From the NCBI GenBank assembly GCA_001179505.1, contig CDMY01000677.1, positions 62,001 to 126,000 of the forward strand: a stretch of DNA of 64,000 bases. The letters run 5' to 3'. This document shows positions 52,901-64,000 of this stretch, one piece after another; within the stretch, counting starts at the first letter, position 1, and every line of letters begins with the position of its first letter. The position numbers and the translations under genes were made by a program. Below the pieces are notes generated by a model that ran no database searches, was not told the DNA's origin, and saw only the letters and a program-made list of their open reading frames with translations. The stretch is from Vitrella brassicaformis CCMP3155. Lineage: Eukaryota > Protista > Chromerida.

Positions 52901-53940
52901 TCTCGTGGCGCCTCCAGTGGTGAGACACGGAAACACGAGACACACAATCCATTCGTCCGTCACAGAATGTCGTTCGTGGTCACGATCAGGGCCACCTCTC
53001 TGGTGTATTGGTGTCTGGTGCTTGTGGTTGTCCTCATGTATTTCCTCGACCCCAAATACATATTCTGGGCAGGTCAGCCGACCAAGTAGTCAGTCAACAG
53101 CTCTCACGCGCCGCGCCGGTCTTGTCCCTTGACTGATTGACCAGAAGTGACTGCGCTGTTCGTCGGCAAGTACCTGGATCGCGTGTAGGCTGAGACATGC
53201 ACCATGCACACAGAGGCAGGCCAGCTGTGGATTGGGGCATCTCATCATATCAGGACGAAGATGCGTCAGGTGCAGAAGCTGATCAGGACAGTCAAGCTGA
53301 AGCTCAGCGAATACGACCCGCGCACCACTCTTCTCAAGGTGAGCGGTGTGCGATGCGCGTGTCTCTATGTATGTGTCTTTGTGCGAGTGAGTCTGCAGCC
53401 AGTCCGGGGCCGTAAGAACAAGTGCATGCTGGACTACACGTGGCCCGAGAAGATATCGATGAAAAGCCTCTTCGTCTACATGGACGCAGCCACCATGAGC
53501 GCATTCCTCGCCGACAAGATGGACATGGAAGTGGAGGCCAAGGACATACAAGTCAGTCTGTCTACCTGTCAGTCACCGACCCCACCATCCACCACTCACT
53601 CTGCCTTTCCGTGTTCCTACAGGCGTGTGACAGCTTGTGGCACTTGATGCTGCTGATACTGTCCCACGAGGGCATGCAGTGGGCGGCCAAGAAAGCCGCC
53701 GCAGAGGCCGCTGCGGCAGAGGAGAAGCCTGGAGTCCCGGAGGCGTTCGGGGTGAGTGCAGGAAGGGCAATTGATGGATGCGCCGTCGCTCACTGTGTCT
53801 CTTTTCTTGTGTGCGCGTCTCACAGTTCCACAACTTCATTCTTCACCTTCCGTCTGACTGGGAGATCTTTTGCCCCGCGTGTGTGTTCAGAGACAGGAAG
53901 ATCGCAGATGGATGATGAGAAAAGGAAGGTAGGTGAGTGA
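49910..53940 (+). CDS. PH-like, C2, MCTP-type transmembrane (PRT_C) protein with a Dysferlin(DysF)-like insert
   Basis: C2: GILVLEIHSACDLMASDFMGASDPYV...TLDPVWKE...DEDELSAHDFLGQ. TM: VWLFLSFWLLAFPSLTFAIALGLAPFGLL. DysF-like: VHENERQAFMGTYS...WE...YAYDWD...KHWVRRRTWIG. PRT_C-like: LQHTVHQMVCLVEKIANLLSW..RATSLVYWCLVLVVVLMYFLDPKY. Confidence 0.7.
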
Positions 53941-54204
53941 CGCAAGCAGGGGAAGGCTAGCCGTGGTGTACGTACATGGAGAGCAGCCAGAGACCGACGC
54001 TAGCAGCTGGGGGCAGATAGCTAAGATGTCTGTCTGCTGTCTGTCTGTCTCATCTACCCGTAAATGTGTATGATAGTCCCGCCCTCATACACATTTACGT
54101 ACCAAGCAAAGCAAATCCGTCCGTACTCTTTCTGCGTTGCGCTCCTTGAGATCTATCAGTTTGTCGCTTTCATTTACAGTGATCGATCACGTACCAAGTG
54201 ATCA

Positions 54205-54527
54205 TCACTTGGCGCTCTGCTCCAGGCCGCTGTCATCATCGCTGCTGCTGTCCTCGCCGCTGCTGTCGTCGCCCTTCTTGCGCTTCTTTGCAGCGGCCTT
54301 CTTTTTCTTGGGAGGACCGCCGCAAAAGCCCTTGCGCCGGCTGGTTCCTTCTTGCCCTTCTTCTCCTTGCCCTTGCCTGCCGCTGCCGCCGTCTTGCCGC
54401 CCGCCTTCCTCTTGGGTTTGGCATTGGGCTGCTTCTTCGACTTGGGCGCCATCATCTCTTCATCAGCATCCTCTTCGTCGCAGTCCTCCAGGTCGCTGTC
54501 CTCCAGGTCGTCGCTGCTGTGCATCAT
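54205..54527 (-). pseudogene. Intronless acidic/Lys-rich coding segment with one frameshift; either a small gene or the inverted 5' part of the adjacent gene
   Basis: Frame A MMHSSDDLEDSDLEDCDEEDADEE...KGKEKKGKK switches at about 54350 to frame B GTSRRKGFCGGPPKKKKAAAKKRKKGDDSSGEDSSSDDDSGLEQSAK followed by TGA TGA. Confidence 0.5.
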
Positions 54528-54588
54528 CGCGACGCGTAGCGCACCAATGTGTCCGGTTACACGGCAGCTGCTCTTGCTCGACAGCGGC

Positions 54589-55403
54589 ATGACACGATGC
54601 AGGCCAATGCCTCTTTTTCGCCATGCCGAATCACGCGAGCCATCACGGTACCACAAACAGGGTCTCGTCTCCAAAGTGCTGTGCAGGTCAGTCAACTTCA
54701 CCGCCCCGCTCGCGCCACGCCATGTACATAACCTCACCATATCTATGGGTGTGTGTGTGCGGTGCAGGTGGTGGTATGTGATGCCCGAGTGGCCGCCAGA
54801 GGATTTTGACAACGACGGTGAGCTGCGGAAGCAGAAGCTGCGCCGCGTGGAGATCGACAAGTGGAGGGATACACCAAAGTCTACGAAATCGCACACTACA
54901 GAGGTGAGTGAGTGAGGTAGCAACAGGGGCGCCCCGCCCACCGACCGCCGCACTGTTAACACCATACCAGACACCATCTGCCCGCCCATGGGTGTGTTGT
55001 GTATGGTGTGGTATGTGGTGTGTGGTGTGTTGTGTGTGGCTACCATGCAGGTTGTTTCCGCGACCCCAGTGGTCGGTTCATCGATGTGCGTCCGCGTGAG
55101 GGCCGCCCGTGTTACAGCGACATGATGAAGAAGAGCGAGCGAGAGCTAGCAGAGATGCTCGTCGAGGCCATCCAGAAACAGCAGCAGGAACTCGAGACCT
55201 CACCACACGACGAGAGCGACACCAAGGAAGCACTCAAAGAGGTAAGTGGGGTGGGTCGGGTCAGCCACACACGCACACACACAGACAGAGGCTGGCTGGA
55301 GCGATTTGGTAGGTATGGTGTGAATGAAATGAATGGCGTGTGGGTGCGTGTGTTGCAGGAGTTGGCAGCGGCCAAGAGGGTGCTGGACAGCGCCAAAAAG
55401 TGA
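54589..55403 (+). pseudogene. Hypothetical protein with LCRWWYVMPEWPP motif, with an internal frameshifting deletion
   Basis: KQGLVSKVLCR|WWYVMPEWPP...IDKW in one frame. GYTKVYEIAHYRG|CFRDPSG...DVRP...SDMMKKSERELAEMLVEAIQKQ in another frame, which is the one required by the phase-1 junction 54903/55051. Confidence 0.6.
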
Positions 55404-58400
55404 CGGACGGTATACAGACTGTGCCGTGAGTGTGTATGTTATGTCCTAGGAGGGTACCCTAGGTAGGAAGGAGGGATTTCTCGAATCGCTTTACGAATAA
55501 CGAGATGTACATGTTGATTCAGACGCGGAACGCATGAGACAATCTCATCAGTCATGCAGTCATGCAGTCAGTCGGGCAGCTCTTTCGTGCGCATCACGAC
55601 GTATAGTACGTATGTACGGCACGGTACCACTCACTCACAGCAGTTGATAGATATCATCTCCATGAATGCGTCCTTACGCATGCGGACAGCAGGGATGAAT
55701 CGGAGCGAGTGCACAGAATAGATGGGGGAAGGCAAGGCAACGCAGCCACTGAGTGAGTGAGTGAGTGAGTCAACTATAAACAGGCGAATGGCTGGGGCGA
55801 CAGACAACGAACCAACACATGGCTCACAACACGCACACTCAGAAGATACACCGACACACAGGCAGACAGCAGCAGGGCAAGGCAAGGCAAGGCAAGGCAA
55901 CACGAGAAGGAAGAGGCGAGAGGAGACAATCGCGGCAGCGAGGAGGCACACAACACACGAGTCTGTCTGTACACACCACACACGCACGCACACATGCACA
56001 TCAATCGCATCATCAAGACACCACACCACACCCATGCCAAGCCAAGCCATGCATCAATCAAATCCCCTGAGGGAGAAAAGAAAGCAGGTGTGCAAGTGTT
56101 CGTCCGTCTGTGTCTGTATCGATTCCATCCATCCATGCCGTCCATCCAGTCAGATACACTCACCCACTCCTCCACTTGACGAGCATTCAGTCGTTTTCCG
56201 TCGACGCTTCCTCGCTTGCTTGGCCTCTCTCTGCTCAATCACCGACACTGCTCTTTTCAACTGCTCTAAGGAAAATCAGCCCACTCCGTGTGCACCAAAG
56301 TGCCTGTCTGCCATTCCCGATCCCACGGATGCATTCACTGCAATGAGCCGACACGGTCGTCACGAAGTCAGTGTGTCGGCTCGCTGTCTGTCTGTCGCTG
56401 GAACGCATCTTGTGTGCGCGTCGAGAAATGACTGCTAGGTAGCTAATTCACACCTCACTAGTATCGATCGAGTCATGCAGCCGTCCGTGTCGGTCTGGTT
56501 GGCTGACGATCAGGGAAAAAGGACACGAGGGCAGCCAGACGCTAACTGACACCGACACCGCCGCCGCAACGCAGACATCAATCAATCCATCCATCCATCC
56601 ATTCCATTTCGCAATGCGCTGGGCTCGCTCCTTTGTCAGGGCATCCATCACGTGAGAGCAGCAAGGAAGGAAGGGATGGACACGCACTTGTGCTTAAAAC
56701 ACCCCCCAGACAGCACCGTTTGTCGCCCGCCTGTCTGCTCTCTCTTATTTAGTGCTTAAAAGTGCCTCCCGGGCAGGGTCGCCACTTCGTTCGCTGGTCG
56801 ACCGACAGGGAGGCCCCCTCATGCTGTGCTGTGCTGTGCTTATGGGTGTTGTGTGTGTTATGAATGGGCAAAAGAGAGGAAACGTCATGTCACGTCACGT
56901 CCAAGTCAAGTGGCGCCTGCTCACTTGAGTAGCTGCCACTCGCCAGTGTGTAGTAGAGTAGTAACTGCGAGGGAGGAGAGACACGCATGCACTGTCTGTG
57001 GTGATGACGCATTGGGGCAGGCAGGGGCAGCATGCCATGCATTCAGCCAAGGGGAGGGAGAGAAGGGGACCGACTCGACCACCATACAAGAGGGCCATCC
57101 ATCATCACGTATCGATCTCGGCCTCACGGCTCAACGAATCAGTGCCATGTGTGTGGTCGATGTGCGCATCTCGTCGACGCCAACGTCTGCATAGGGATGC
57201 AGGCAGGCATGATCCAGACAGACGTCGACACCGACGAGATGGACATCTACACGCCAGAAACGGTTACGGTAGCACATCGGGTGGTGTGGCTTTCCTTGTG
57301 TGTCCGGCGGCTCTGTCACACGAGGCTCCGACGCAGACGATTCGCACTTTCTCGCAATGCATCTCAACTGCGTCAGAGCATCACGCGATGAAGTCATCTC
57401 AGACACATCGGATGCACACAGCCATGGAGAAAACAAGATACTCCTTCCTTCCCGTCATGTCATGAGTCTGTCTGCAAAAATGGCTCGCTGATGTGATGGT
57501 CTGTCTGTCTGCCCCCTCTCAATTACACCAACCCCCTCTCAATTACACCAACCAATTGATCGTGTCTGTCGTGATGATGAAAAGACGACTGTGCCCTCTC
57601 CGTCTAAGCCAACCCCCCCCAGCAGGCCAGGCCAGCCATCGGCCGATCGCTATCGCTTCGTGTGCATAAGATAAGACAGTCAGTAGGTCGGTCATTCCGT
57701 CCATCCATCCATCTGGTGGGTGCTAATTGAGTCGAATCGTCGCAAAAAGGCTCTGTTCTGTCGGTTTGTTTGCTGCTCTCTCCGTGTCGGTCTGTCTGTC
57801 TGTCTGTGTGGCGCAAGTGAGGCTGTGGGTGCGTATCCATGGGCAGGGAGGGATGCAGAAAGAGAAGGGGCAAGGGAGAGGAGGGTTGTGCTCGTAGACC
57901 TCGTGAGTGGGTGAGTGAGTGAGTGACGGCAACGACAAGGGGCCTGCAGCACATACATTGTATAACACACACACACACGAGAGGAGGAAAGAACCACGAT
58001 GGAAAAACCAACAAGCAGGCAGTAAGTATGCTATCTATGGCCATCCATATGTACCGGGGGAAAAAGGAAAACGATGACTGACCGCCTCGATCGATCGACT
58101 CAACAAATACATACGCACACGTACAACAGACAAACATACAGACAGACACGCACGATCCACGCAGACAGACACGATGGCACGAACACACACAAGGTGAGTA
58201 CGTACGCAGCAACAAGGAGGAAGGGCAAGGAAGGAAGGAAATACATACGCCAGTGAGTCGTCGTTCCCATCCATCCATCCATCCATCCGTCCGTCCATCC
58301 ATGTGTCCATCCATGTGTCTGTCCTCCATCCATCGAGCAGAGCCGAAAAAGAGGGGTGCGCAACGACACAACACGCACGCCTCTGTCTGTGTACCCCCCC

Positions 58401-58549
58401 GCCCCCGCGAGCCAGTCACTCAGATCAGATCACGAACACACACATGCAGCCCCCAGCCCCAGCCCCCATCCATCCATCCATCCATGTGTGTGGCTCGTGG
58501 GTCGGTCGGTCGGTGTCGCCGTGTGTGTGGTGTGGTGTGGTTTGTTTAG

Positions 58550-59903
58550 TTATTCGGCGGCCCCTCCTCCCCCTCTCGGTGCGAACCGGCCCCGACCACG
58601 ACCGCGACCGCCCCGACCGCGTCCACGACCACTGACACACAACACCACACAAGAGAGCACATGTGTCAGTTTCTCGTCAGCTGTATTCTTTGGTGTATTG
58701 TCTTACCGTCCTCTGGGTCCGCCGCCGCCCTCATCGCCGCCATATCCGTTCATCTCGCCGTAGTTGTTGTGGTAGCCCCCTTCATCGCCGCCGCCATAGC
58801 CCCCTCCCCTGCCCCTGTAGCCGCCGCCCCGGCCCCGCCCGCGGCCGCGGCCGCCCCGTCCGCCACGGTAGTTGTGCACCTCCTCGTCGCCGCCCTCATC
58901 GTGATCGTAGAACCCGCCACCGCGACCACGACCACTGACAGACATCAAGATCAACACAGACAGACATGCTGGAGGGGCTGGTGGCAATGTGTGGCGTGCT
59001 CTTCTCTCTTACCGTGGTCTGTACCCCCCGCCTCTGAAGCCGCCCCCGCCCGAGGGTCCGTAGCCGTAGCCCTCGTCGTAGAAGCCACCACGCCCGCGAT
59101 ACGGACGGAAACCGCCGCGATATCCGCCGCGGAAACCTCCTGGCATGGCAAACACACCAGGGAGCGAATGGTAGGAAGGGTGACTGTGGTGTGTTGTTTT
59201 GTTGCGTACGTCCTCTGCCGCGTCCTCTGTATTCTCCGTTGGTGTACTCCTTGACCATGTCGTCGGACAGGGGCGCCTGGTAGCCGGGGTCGTCGGTCTT
59301 GAGCGGATCCAAACTCACCTGCAATGCAGTGCAATGCAATGCACACACAGCCACACACCACACACACACTTATGCGGCTGTTGAGCCCTTGGTTAAGAGG
59401 GGTGTGTGTGTGTGGTGTGTGTGTGTGCGCGTGTGTGTGTGTGTGTGTGTGTTGACTGACCGTGATTTCGATGAATGAGACGTTGCGCGTGTGGAGGACC
59501 TTGTCGAGTCCCTCCTCGAGGGGCAGGTACTCGTCCGTGATGGCCAGCGTCCCGCACTTGTTGAGCTGGTGGATCCCATGCACACGGCGCTTCAGGATCT
59601 CAACCAACGTCACCGCCTGCACACACACGTCCACCACACACATGGAGTGCATTGCAGAGAGAGATGCGAATCACGCCACAGTGTGCCGACATACTCGGTG
59701 CTTTCGATGTCTCCCCGCCCCATCTGAGTTACCTGGTGTATGGCGTTGCCGGTGGCCTTGATGACGAGCTCTCGTTTCTCCCGCTCGCTGAGCACCTTGC
59801 TGGCGTACGACACGTAGTTGATGACACGCCCGTTGGTCGACACGCGGATCTCGCCCTCCTTGGCGGGCTCGGGCTCCTTGTCAACTCGACGGTACTTGTC
59901 CAT
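58550..59903 (-). CDS. Alba: Alba-domain nucleic-acid-binding protein (Rpp25/MDP2-type) with long RGG tail
   Basis: EIRVSTNGRVINYVSYA...LVIKATGNAIHQAVTLVEILKRRVHGIHQ...YLPLEEGLD...RNVSFIEITVSLDPL...PGYQAPL, then RG/RGG repeats to TAA at 58550-58552. Confidence 0.92.
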
Positions 59904-60080
59904 CCTCCTCTCTCTGTGGAGTAGACCACCAACAGCTCACCTCAGGAGCTCACGCAGCCGGTGGTTGGTGGAAAGAGGGACGGACGGCAGGCGGTGTGCC
60001 GGGCGGGCTGCTCGCGAGATCTCGCTCCCTGCAGGAAGGGAGATCTTGCCCTTTCGTGGCTTGAGTGTTCGAGATCGGAA

Positions 60081-60106
60081 TGCGAGCTTAGAGCTTTTGC
60101 GAGCTT
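60081..60106. promoter_or_regulatory. Candidate promoter motif TGCGAGCT (two copies in the Alba/coiled-coil divergent spacer)
   Basis: The same 8-mer or its reverse complement occurs at about 14842, 35287, 42134 and 42885, with variants at 9326, 21818 and 32791. All lie upstream of start codons. Confidence 0.4.
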
Positions 60107-60230
60107 CTCTTTTGTGCTCCAGTCTTTTCCTTCCCTGTCCTTGCCCACGCGCCAACGGCTTCCGGCAGGGCATCAATCAGCGAAATCGGCAGTTTGTTCA
60201 TCATTCATTGAGACGGTGAGTGAGACGAGG

Positions 60231-62910
60231 ATGGCGAGTCGTCCTGCGCGTTCATCGTTCGACGTCGACGCCCGGCTGGACGCGGCTTTGCAAGAAATCC
60301 AGCTGCTCGAGAGCCTGGACAGCCCCCGCCGCCTCCCCGAGGGCGCCAACAGCATCATGAATGGCCCTGCCTCTGCAGTGGGAGGCGGAGGGCCTACTGC
60401 AGCTGCTGCAGCCGAAACGCGTTCGTTGCCGCTGCCGCCCCTGACGCCACCAGTTGCGGAGAGGGCGTCGCCGGGGAGTGCGCTGGCCGTGCTGCCGTCG
60501 AGGGCTGAGAATGTGCGACGGGCTGACACAGGTACCTGAGGGGAGTGGAGTGGATGGAGAGAGATGTGGGCATGGCAGGCGGTGATGGCGATGTGGGTCA
60601 TCGGGTTACTGTTCTATGTTTTGTGTGACCAGCGTGTGTGCGTGCGCTGCGAAAGGCGCAGGAGACCATTCGCGCGATACAGGACGAGAGGGAGAGGCTC
60701 ACCGGCAAACTCACCAAGGTCCGTGCCTGCGTCCATGGCCTCCCTTTTGGGAGTCAGTCAGCCGAGTTTGGGGCCTATGCATTGCAATGCATCCATCCTA
60801 CACATCCATCCGCTTGCGCGCCTGGCTGCCTGCACTGACTGCATTGTGTGGTGTGTCAGGAGTGTGACCGTCTGGCCGGTGAGAACTCCCAGCTGTCGAA
60901 CACCCTGGACCGCACCCAATCGGCGCTCAGTGAGTGCCAGGAGGAGAAGCGACACATGGCCGCGGAAATCGACGAGGTCGGTCGGTCGGTCGGTGACAAA
61001 GCGCTGGGGGGAGCCATGCACAAACAATAAGGTGCCTGCCGCTCCTGTGTTGCATCTTTGCCTTGTCGGTGCAGTTGCGTGCTCGGCTGCACCAGGCGGA
61101 GAGTGAGCGGGGCGACCTGCGGGAGAGGAACCAATACATGGAGAGGGAACAGAAGGTCGGTGAGGCGGGTCAGTCAGTCAGGCAACACCCAGCGCACTGC
61201 ACCGCACGCCCTTGGAGCCACAACCATGTGTGTCTGTTATCTGGGCCGTTCGTTCAGTCGTTCCGTCTGCGGATGGAGCAGAGCGCTCGGGAGCTCAAGC
61301 AGCGAGTGGAGGTGAGCCAGACAGACAGACAGACAGAAGACCATGACGCGCAATGAATGCATCACTCGCCATGTGTGTGTGGTTGCGGGTATGGGTGTTC
61401 CTGTCTGTCAGGACGCAGAGCGGTTCAATTCTGAGATGTCCGAGTCCCACAGGCTGACACAAGTCCGCTGTAAAGAGCTCACACAGACCCTGCACGCTTG
61501 CATCAGGGAACGGTCAGTCGGTGAACCAATCAATGCCTACACTCACAGGACACCGACAAAGGCAAAGGGTCAAGCGTCTGGTCCATGCCATGCCATGAAA
61601 TGCCTGCAGGTGCCAGCTGCTCAAGTTGGTGAGTGACGTGCTGGAGACGTCGATCGACCTCTTCTACAACCCCACGCCCTTCTTCAAGGCACACGTAAGT
61701 AACCCACATGACATAATGACATCAGCGACAGACACCCACAGGCACATCACATAAGCACACACACACGGTCACGTGTGACTCTGGTCGTACGGCTGCGTGC
61801 ATGGGCTGGGCGGGTGGTCAGGTGCGTGAAGTGTCGAATGGCCGCCGGCCGTCGTCTGTGTTTGTCGGTGCGGGGAGCAGGAGGGGCAAATACCCTACCG
61901 TCAGGCTGGTCCCTAAAGCAGACGAGCCGCCCATCAAGGTCAGTCAGTCAGTCAGTCAGCACAGCATCTGTGTTGGGCATAGATTCACAGGATGTGTGTG
62001 ACAGGGCCGCATGTTGGGTGAGATCGGTGCGGTCGTGGCGGCCCTCGAGCGAGAAATGCACGAAACGGCCGTCGAATTCCACGCAATGGTATCTATCCCA
62101 CCTAACCCCACACACATCAGAGAGACACCTCACCTCTCGTGTCTGTCTATGTCTGTCTGTGGTATGTTATGTGTGTGCAGTTGCGTCGGATGCAGGACGA
62201 GGCAGACAGAAACACCCAGCTGGTGGCCCTCTGCCCCGACCACCCATCAGCAGAGGCGATTCTCGTCGTCCTCGACGAGGTCAACCGCCGAGCAGACAGG
62301 CGCCTCGCCGACCGCCCGGCCACGTCGCCATCCCTCCCGCCACAACGCCCCAAATTCGGCGAGAGAGGGCAGCAGCGAAGGGGCAAGTCGGCCGGCCCAC
62401 GAGTGGAGAGGGAATCGGGCGACGGGCGTGCTGGTGGTGATGGTGGAGGTGTGGTGCCGCGGGGGGCGCTGCTGGGCGAGAGGATAGACTGGGGGAGTGA
62501 GAGGGAGTCGTTTCACGCCTTGGCCAAGGCCATGGAGACCAAGTGGGCTCAGCTGCAGAAGCTGCACAAGGTTTCTAACCAGGCCGCACAGAAACAGAGA
62601 GGGGGTGGCGCGGGGGGCGGGTGTGGGGGCTACTGCAGATGACGAAATCTGTGTGTGTGTGTGTGTGCATATGTTGATTGCATGTGTGTGGACCGCTGCT
62701 CGTGTGGCGGGAATGCCACTCACAATACTGAATGCGATTGCGACGTTAACTTGCAATCTGTCGCGCCTCAAGACGTCCATTCACCTGTTCACAAGTTCCC
62801 AGGTTGCTGTCTGTGTCTGGCTGGACACACACAAAACGGTGCACGCGCCGATCCTTAGAATATTACCACTCACTCGGCCAGACAGGGAAGGAAGGCATCA
62901 TCAATCAGCT
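60231..62910 (+). CDS. Multi-exon coiled-coil hypothetical protein
   Basis: MASRPARSSFDVDARLDAALQEIQLLESL; heptad-rich exons RALRKAQETIRAIQDERERL, LSNTLDRTQSALSECQEEK, LRARLHQAESERGDLRERNQ. The 3' end is approximate. Confidence 0.65.
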
Positions 62911-62970
62911 GATAGAGATACATCACACCACACGACTCTCTGGCGACAATTCAATTCCCCACAGGCTATC

Positions 62971-64000
62971 CTATCCCGCACCCCCCCCTCTCCGCCTTCC
63001 ACTCTCTTCTGACCTAACAAGCCTCGCGGCCTCATCATTTTCATGCCTATGTCGGCTCTCCCGGCCCTCTATCAGCCCAGACACCCCCCTGCCCCCCTCT
63101 AGCTGTCCCACATGACCGTCGTCGTCTGATTCCTCATCGCCCGAGTCGTCGGGGAGCTCGTCCTCGCTGTCGACGTCACTCTCGCCCTCGTCGTATCTGG
63201 TGTCATCTCTGTTGGGCATGAGGTTGAAGGCGGGGTGGATGGGCTGCCGGTCGGTGTACACGTAGCGGCCGGCTGATGGGTCCCACGACATGGCCTCAGA
63301 TCGATACCTGTCGTGGAAACACGACACACACGGCAGGGCGGTGTAGTGTAGTGGCTTTGATGGCGGTCTCCGCTGGTCTGTCTGTCTGATCTGTTGCCAG
63401 ACCAGACCTGGGTCTCTTAGCGACTCGTTTGGGCATGCTGAAGACGGGTTTCTTGGTGGGCATATGGCGCTTGAACTCCATCAGCATGCCGTCCATCTGC
63501 GTGATGTGGTGGTACTTTGGCACCGGGGCCACCCGCCAGGCACACAGACACCGGTACTGCGAGGTGCCGCAGCCCGACCCGCACCTGGGGCCGCACACGC
63601 CCTCCTTCTGCCACTTGAGGCAGTACTGGTGCCGATTCAGCCGCTTGCCCTCCAGCCGTGCCATGCCGATCGTCAGCAGCGCACGGCCGCCATTGCGCCA
63701 GTCGTTGGGGAAGCGAGGGACGAGCGCACAGGGGACCTGAGCAGTACAGCCGACAATAAGGGACAAGAGGCGAGGGCATACCATGCCAGTGCAACAGGAA
63801 TCAGCACGCGCCCGAGTTGAGTGGTCTTTCTCTCACCTTTGTGGTGGGGTATACGGGGTCATTCAGCGGCTTGCCATGGATGTGCTGACCTGATATATCC
63901 AGACATCCACACAGCACAGAGCAGACACACACGAAGGCGTCAGTCACCCGGTAGTTCCCTCCATGGATCTTTGTTGCAGAGAGCAGGCCTCAAAGCGTCG
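62971..64000 (-). CDS. 3' part of a hypothetical protein with a Cys cluster and acidic tail (5' end beyond the window)
   Basis: HQYCLKWQKEGVCGPRCGSGCGTSQYRCLC in ORF 63296-63784; acidic DEGESDVDSEDELPDDSGDEESDDD in ORF 62971-63327. Confidence 0.55.

Noticed and set aside
54346-54356. Programmed -1 ribosomal frameshift in the Lys-rich ORF
   Set aside because: No X XXY YYZ slippery heptamer; a deletion or assembly error is simpler.

Overview
Eukaryotic, GC-rich, very intron-dense window. Introns are GT-AG, mostly about 60-150 nt, and full of (CA)n/(GT)n/(CAGA)n/(CCAT)n microsatellite. There is one 300-N gap at 35326-35625. Style and gene content (oocyst-wall-protein-like gene, Alba-RGG) suggest a chromerid alveolate such as Vitrella; this is inference. 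All gene models were spliced by eye, so boundaries are approximate. About 20 genes, many in tight head-to-head pairs: a giant Ig/Cys-repeat/REJ/GPS membrane protein, an ADP-ribosylglycohydrolase-family protein, a 74-aa PDCD4/SERBP1/Stf2-like microprotein, RING, tandem-CCCH and Myb proteins, a frameshifted pseudokinase-WD40-coiled-coil mosaic, FN3 and other secreted proteins, an AASDH-type A-T-PQQ NRPS-like enzyme, a small NDUFA4-like TM protein, a non-LTR retroelement remnant, an OWP-like Cys-repeat protein, a malic enzyme, a PH-C2-MCTP protein with an inserted DysF-like segment, a rearranged RWWY-motif pseudogene, Alba, and coiled-coil/hypothetical genes. Best hunt leads: (1) polarised complementary 5'-(AC)n...(GT)n-3' repeats in introns that often lack a polypyrimidine tract, suggesting structure-assisted splicing; (2) a standalone microprotein resembling the PDCD4 ribosome-binding segment; (3) an ERRLQ, TEXEL-like motif in two secreted proteins; (4) a recurrent TGCGAGCT motif upstream of starts; (5) two damaged or rearranged loci.
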